Assembly (NCBI GenBank): GCA_947589025.1
Contig: CANQAY010000003.1
Location: 24,907-88,906 of the forward strand
Length of the DNA: 64,000 nucleotides
Source of the DNA: an uncultured Clostridia bacterium
Lineage (GTDB): Bacteria > Bacillota > Clostridia > Christensenellales > UBA1242
Reading direction: 5' to 3'
Shown: one piece after another, positions 59,460 through 64,000 of the stretch
How positions within the stretch are numbered: the first letter of the stretch is position 1
Layout of the letters: every line of letters starts with the position of its first letter
The notes under the pieces: generated by a model
What the model saw: the letters and a program-made list of their open reading frames with translations, nothing else
Told to the model about the DNA's origin: nothing
Database searches by the model: none
Program-made: the position numbers and the translations under genes

Positions 59460-60563
59460 GTGCTTACAAATATCAAATATGTTATCGATATAGGTTCATC
59501 AAGTATACGGCTTATGGCAGTCACCCGCTTTGGCAAACAAACCAGGCTTATTGCTGAGGTTGAGGAACTGTATGATGGCTTTATGGATGGGGAGTTTTTA
59601 ACCCCTAACAAGCTTGACAATGTTTTTGCCGATTTATTTAATAACCTTATTTCGCGGGTTAGAAGGCCAGTTCGCTCGGTGTTCGTTGGCGTTCCGGCAG
59701 AATTTAGCAAATGCGTTTGTAAACGAATATCGCGCAAATTTGTGGCTTTGCATAAGGTTACCGATGCTGACATATTAGATCTTTACACCAGCAATATGGA
59801 TTTTAGCGATAGTTCTGCCTATTCAGTTATCAATTATAGCCCAATGCAATATGTGTTGGACGATAATGTTAAAACTTTATCGCCAGTTGGCAAAAAAACC
59901 ACAAGTTTGGTGGTGGATGCAAGTTACATATTGGCAAAAAAGTCATTTATTAACCTTATAACGGAAAAGCTAACAAATTTGGGTGCTGAAAATGTTGAAT
60001 TTATTTCCGCACCACTTGGGCAAGCAATTAGTTTGCCAGAAACAACCAACAAACCAGTTGCAATTGTGGATGTGGGGCATATAACTTCAAGCGTTTGCGT
60101 GTTAAAAGGTGAAGGCCTTGCAATGTTAAGTTCGTTTTCAATGGGTGGCGGCCACATTTCAAGTGACATTATGCAAGTTTTGGGCCTAAATTTTAAGGAT
60201 GCCGAACTAATTAAGCGTAAGGTTATTTTAACAATTGAAAGCAATAAAAATGAATATTACGAAGTTTGTTTTAAGGGCAATTTAATTAAAGCGCCAATTA
60301 ACATAACAAATCAAATTGTTAAAAGCCGCATTGAAATTATAGCAAAAATTATTGGGGAAATTTTATCAATAGACGAAGTATTTAAGGGCATAGATGTATA
60401 TTTAACAGGGGATGGCATTGCCAACTTTAAAGGCGTTAAAAATATTATTAAAGAAGTTGCCAATTTAAATGTTATTGATTATAAAAATCCTTTCGATAAC
60501 ACAAAAAGCAAATATCAAACATCAAAAACAGGCTTGGCTAATTTAGCCTTGGTTGCAAAATAG
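59460..60563 (+). CDS. ftsA: cell division protein FtsA (short, divergent)
   Basis: Actin-fold motifs (VIDIGSSSIR, DVGHITSS, GGGHISSDI, YLTGDG); position immediately upstream of ftsZ; GTG start after GGGGGA. Confidence 0.8.
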   Translation: MLTNIKYVIDIGSSSIRLMAVTRFGKQTRLIAEVEELYDGFMDGEFLTPNKLDNVFADLFNNLISRVRRPVRSVFVGVPAEFSKCVCKRISRKFVALHKVTDADILDLYTSNMDFSDSSAYSVINYSPMQYVLDDNVKTLSPVGKKTTSLVVDASYILAKKSFINLITEKLTNLGAENVEFISAPLGQAISLPETTNKPVAIVDVGHITSSVCVLKGEGLAMLSSFSMGGGHISSDIMQVLGLNFKDAELIKRKVILTIESNKNEYYEVCFKGNLIKAPINITNQIVKSRIEIIAKIIGEILSIDEVFKGIDVYLTGDGIANFKGVKNIIKEVANLNVIDYKNPFDNTKSKYQTSKTGLANLALVAK

Positions 60564-60572
60564 GAGGGTAAA

Positions 60573-61766
60573 ATGAATAATTTTGACAGTTCAAATTTAG
60601 TGTGCAACATTAAAGTTGTTGGCGTTGGCGGCGGCGGCAACAATGCAATTAATCGTATGGTGGCATCGGGCATAAAAGGTGCACATCTCATTGCCGTTAA
60701 CACCGATTATCAAGATCTTCAAAATTCCAACGCCGATGAAATTATTCAAATTGGCGCAAAATTAACAAAGGGCTTGGGCGCGGGCTCTAATCCGGAAGTT
60801 GGTAAAGCCGCAGCCGAAGAAAGTGAAGAAGAATTAAAAAAGATGCTTCAGGGCACTGACCTTTTGTTTATAACAACCGGTTTGGGTGGCGGCACGGGTA
60901 ATGGTGCAGCCCCAGTTATTGCCCGCCTAGCTAAGGAAATGGGCATTTTAACCGTTGGTGTTGTAACCAAGCCATTTAAGTTTGAAGGCCCTAAACGTGC
61001 AGCAAACGCGGCACAAGGCATTGAAGAGATGCGCAAATATTGCGATAGTTTGGTTGTTGTGCCAAATGAAAGGCTTTATACAATATTTAAAAAAGATGTT
61101 TCGTTTGTGGACGCATTTAGATATGCGGACGATGTTTTGCACCAAGCAATTCGCGGCGTTAGTGAATTAATTTCTGTTCCCGGCTTAATTAACCTCGATT
61201 TTGCCGATGTTTCAACAATTATGCGCAACAAGGGCATTGCGCACATGGGCATTGGCAAGGGCAGAGGCGCAAACAAAACCATTGAAGCAGTGCGCCAAGC
61301 CGTAACCAGCCAATTGTTGGAAACCAGCATTGAAGGTGCAACCGGCATTTTAATTAACATAACCGGCGGAAGAGATTTAACATTAAGTGAAGTTTACGAG
61401 GCTGTTGACCTTGTGCGTGACGTTGCAGATAAAAATTGTAACATTATTTTTGGCGCAAAAATTAATAATGATAATAGTGGGGAAACTGAAATTACCGTTA
61501 TTGCCACTGGGTTTGATAAAAATGAAACCAAAAAAATAGAACAAGTGCCAGATTTTAAACAAAATAGTGCCGATTTTAAGCCTTTTGTCAACTATCAGCC
61601 AGCAAATGAAGAAAAACCAGCCGAGCAACCTCAAACTGAGGAGCCAAAGCAAGAAGAGGAACAACCTAAAAACGATGACGAAGTGGAAGATATTTCCGTT
61701 TCACAACAGCGCCCAATGTTGGACGATGATGACATCCCTCCTTTCTTAAGAAAGTTAAGAAAATAA
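60573..61766 (+). CDS. ftsZ: cell division GTPase FtsZ
   Basis: GVGGGGNNA, tubulin signature GGGTGNGAAP, NLDFADV, C-terminal peptide DDIPPFLRK. Confidence 0.98.
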   Translation: MNNFDSSNLVCNIKVVGVGGGGNNAINRMVASGIKGAHLIAVNTDYQDLQNSNADEIIQIGAKLTKGLGAGSNPEVGKAAAEESEEELKKMLQGTDLLFITTGLGGGTGNGAAPVIARLAKEMGILTVGVVTKPFKFEGPKRAANAAQGIEEMRKYCDSLVVVPNERLYTIFKKDVSFVDAFRYADDVLHQAIRGVSELISVPGLINLDFADVSTIMRNKGIAHMGIGKGRGANKTIEAVRQAVTSQLLETSIEGATGILINITGGRDLTLSEVYEAVDLVRDVADKNCNIIFGAKINNDNSGETEITVIATGFDKNETKKIEQVPDFKQNSADFKPFVNYQPANEEKPAEQPQTEEPKQEEEQPKNDDEVEDISVSQQRPMLDDDDIPPFLRKLRK

Positions 61767-61770
61767 GCAA

Positions 61771-61797
61771 AAAACCACCAATTTGGTGGTTTTTTTA
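61771..61797. terminator. bidirectional terminator after ftsZ and the convergent permease gene
   Basis: AAACCACC-aattt-GGTGGTTT flanked by A/T runs. Confidence 0.8.
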
Positions 61798-61798
61798 T

Positions 61799-62608
61799 TT
61801 ATTTAAAATGTTTATTAACCATTTTTTCAAATAGGGCAACCGCAAAATACATTAAACTTGCCAACACGCACAACACAACCGTTGCCGTCATAACAAGGTT
61901 TAAGTTAAACACTTGGCCGCCATACACCAGCAAATAGCCAAGCCCGGCCCTACTAACCAAATATTCCCCCATAATTGCGCCAATCCAACTAAGGCCAACA
62001 TTCACTTTAAGGGTAGAAACAATATCTTTAATTGAATTTGGCAAAATAAGTTTAAAGAATATTTGAAATTTGTTTGCCCCAAAAGACGAGGCAAGTGCAA
62101 TTAATTGGCTATCGCAACTTGTAAACGAATTTAAAATGTTTAAAATTGTAACAATAATAACAATTAAAATGCACATAAAAATAATAGCTTTACTGCCTGC
62201 GCCAAACCATATAATAATAATCGGCCCCAAGGCAATTTTTGGCAGCGAATTTAACACAACCAAATAAGGCTCACAAACCCGCCTTAAAAAGTCGCTATAC
62301 CACAACACAAACGCCACCAAAAAGCCAATTCCCGTTGCAATAGCAAAGCCTATTAAAGTTTCGCTTAAAGTAATCCTTGAGTGGTAAATCAACTCGCCGT
62401 TAGTCATAAGTTCTTTAACAGTTTTGCATATTTTAGACGGACTAGAAAAGAAGAAAGAACTTATTATTTCATATTTTGTAAGCAATTCCCAAGCAATTAA
62501 CAGCACAATTAAAATTGAAATTTGTGTAAACACAATCAGCAATTTTTTGGCGTGAAGTTTGTTTAAATAATCGTAATGTGCTTTGCTAAATTTCTTTTTG
62601 TTTTTCAT
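61799..62608 (-). CDS. ABC transporter permease (NitT/TauT/SsuC-type)
   Basis: 6 TM with an EAA-like loop (ASSFGANKFQIFFKLILPNS). Start moved to MKNKKKF (62608) to minimise overlap with the ATPase gene. Confidence 0.85.
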   Translation of the reverse strand: MKNKKKFSKAHYDYLNKLHAKKLLIVFTQISILIVLLIAWELLTKYEIISSFFFSSPSKICKTVKELMTNGELIYHSRITLSETLIGFAIATGIGFLVAFVLWYSDFLRRVCEPYLVVLNSLPKIALGPIIIIWFGAGSKAIIFMCILIVIIVTILNILNSFTSCDSQLIALASSFGANKFQIFFKLILPNSIKDIVSTLKVNVGLSWIGAIMGEYLVSRAGLGYLLVYGGQVFNLNLVMTATVVLCVLASLMYFAVALFEKMVNKHFK

Positions 62609-63359
62609 CTTGAATTTCCTGCCAAATAGTGTCAAACAATTCTTTGGCTTCAACAGTGTTTCTGCGTTCAAAAGGGGTTAATTTTGCGTTAAATTTAGGT
62701 GTGTGCACGGCTTTAACTCTAGCAGGCCGGGAAGATAGCACATAAATTTTATCCGACATGCTAATTGCCTCTTGAATATCGTGTGTTACCAAAATGGCGG
62801 TTTTGTGTTCTTTTTTAATAATGTCGTAAACATCGTCGCACAATTTCAGCCGGGTTTGATAATCCAACGCGCTAAAAGGCTCATCTAATAAAAGCAATTC
62901 AGGTTGCAAGGCAAGTGTTCTAATCAAAGCCACGCGCTGACGCATTCCGCCGCTCAACTCGTTAGGGTGTTTTTTTAAAAACTCCTTCAGGCCATATTTT
63001 TCGGTCAAGTTAAGGGCATAATCTTTTTTTTCTTTGCTTAATTGCTTGCTAATTTCCAACCCCAAAAAAATGTTTTTTTCAATGGTCCGCCAAGGCAAAA
63101 GGTTGTCGCGCTGAAACATATATCCAGTTAAATTTTCCTTTAAATTTGGCTGTTTGTTGGCAACCGTCAACGTTCCCCAAGTTGGCTTAATAAGCCCAGC
63201 AATAATAGAAAGAACAGTGGTTTTTCCGCATCCGGAAGGCCCAACAATGGCAACAAATTCATCCTTTTTAACGCTTAAATTCACATCCTGCAAAGCCTGT
63301 GTTTCACTATCCAAACTTTGATAAATTAAATTAACATTGTTAAGTTCAACTAAGTTCAT
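62586..63359 (-). CDS. ABC transporter ATP-binding protein (NitT/TauT/SsuB-type)
   Basis: GPSGCGKTT, LSGGMRQRVALIR, LLLDEPFSALD, VTHD all intact. Confidence 0.92.
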   Translation of the reverse strand: MNLVELNNVNLIYQSLDSETQALQDVNLSVKKDEFVAIVGPSGCGKTTVLSIIAGLIKPTWGTLTVANKQPNLKENLTGYMFQRDNLLPWRTIEKNIFLGLEISKQLSKEKKDYALNLTEKYGLKEFLKKHPNELSGGMRQRVALIRTLALQPELLLLDEPFSALDYQTRLKLCDDVYDIIKKEHKTAILVTHDIQEAISMSDKIYVLSSRPARVKAVHTPKFNAKLTPFERRNTVEAKELFDTIWQEIQDEKQKEI

Positions 63360-64000
63360 GCCATAACTTTTTGGGCAAAAGAGGTGTCAACAGCGTCCGC
63401 ATAGTTCACATTTCCTTTAAGTTCGCCCGCGTTGTCAATAATTTTGTGCAGCATATCCCAAGAAGATTGCTTTAACACAAAGCTATCGGCATAAGCACCA
63501 AGTTGTTTATAACTTTTAACCGATGCTAATAATAGGCCATCATCCGTGTCCGCAAAAGATTTTTTTAACGAAGCAACAATTTCATCATCCGTTGCCTTAA
63601 CAAGATAATCATAACCCTTTTTTAAGGCGCGCATAAACTTTTCCACCTTGTCACTGTGTTTGCTTAAATAATCGCTGTTTGCAACAAAGCAGGTGTAAGG
63701 CACATCTTTCACCTCGTCGCCCAGCGCGGCAACATTAACATAATTGGCGTTTTGCACGGTTTGGCTAGCAACCGGGTCAAACATAGTAACATAATCTCCC
63801 GTGCCGCCCAAGAAGGCAGAAGTGGTTAAATTAAACTCAATAACAGTGTCCAAAATCACATCCACATTCTCACCGCTCAAGCCGGTGGTTAGGTTATAGT
63901 TCTTTTCCAAAATATATTTTAATGTCATAGCAGGCATTCCGCCTTTGCGCCCGGCAATAATATATTTTCCTTTAAGGCTTTGCCAGTCAAAATTGGCGTT
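63356..64000 (-). CDS. periplasmic/lipoprotein substrate-binding protein (NMT1/SsuA-like), C-terminal part; 5' end outside the window
   Basis: The frame stays open from 63937 to nt 64000 (…NANFDWQSLKGKYIIAGRKGGMPAM…). Operon with the ABC ATPase and permease. Confidence 0.7.
   Translation of the reverse strand, partial: NANFDWQSLKGKYIIAGRKGGMPAMTLKYILEKNYNLTTGLSGENVDVILDTVIEFNLTTSAFLGGTGDYVTMFDPVASQTVQNANYVNVAALGDEVKDVPYTCFVANSDYLSKHSDKVEKFMRALKKGYDYLVKATDDEIVASLKKSFADTDDGLLLASVKSYKQLGAYADSFVLKQSSWDMLHKIIDNAGELKGNVNYADAVDTSFAQKVMA

Noticed and set aside
59460-60563. FtsA being short (367 aa) with DVGHITSS in place of the usual DIGGGTT phosphate-2 motif. I considered this as a degenerate pseudo-FtsA.
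   Set aside because: The actin-fold motif order is intact, and FtsA sequences are highly variable across phyla. Without an alignment I cannot show this is outside the normal range.

Overview
Visibly AT-rich, low-GC Firmicutes-type chromosomal core segment. It probably comes from a spore-forming Clostridia-like organism, because yqfC/yqfD, ylmC/ymxH, spoVD-like and spoVE-like genes are present. About 60 densely packed genes are mostly housekeeping. In order they are: the 3' part of a very large beta-rich surface protein; the class III heat-shock operon ctsR-mcsA-mcsB-clpC with a perfect CtsR operator; a small accessory patch (degenerate ABC-ATPase-like gene, leaderless S8 protease, two orphan genes); yhbY, obg, nth; DUF3343 plus cysteine desulfurase; a pdp-like gene, tsaE and a tsaB-rimI fusion; hydrolase plus murF, and ddl; a type IIA topoisomerase pair (parE/parC-like); ylmC, nrdR, an ABC-F ATPase; a compacted yqfC-yqfD-(ybeY-era fusion)-yqzL-recO cluster; ppdK; dnaG-(sigma region-2-only ORF)-rpoD; dinB with SOS boxes; engB; the dcw cluster rsmH-ftsL-pbp-murE-mraY-murD-ftsW-murA-ftsQ-ftsA-ftsZ; and the start of a NitT/TauT-type ABC importer. 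I found no rRNA, tRNA, CRISPR array, transposase, integrase or recognisable defence system. The observations I rank highest are: (1) an 83-nt GC-rich, perfectly nested four-helix element at 46635..46717 in a divergent intergenic region; (2) a translationally coupled ORF between dnaG and rpoD that looks like a sigma-70 region-2-only protein; (3) an McsB homologue and an ABC-NBD homologue whose catalytic motifs look degenerate; (4) a MurF whose N-terminal domain is replaced by transmembrane helices; (5) YbeY-Era and TsaB-RimI gene fusions; (6) a three-frame fragmented ORF after ppdK that begins with a Lys/Thr-rich peptide. All functional calls rest on motif recognition by eye and on remembered family signatures. 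No database search was run.
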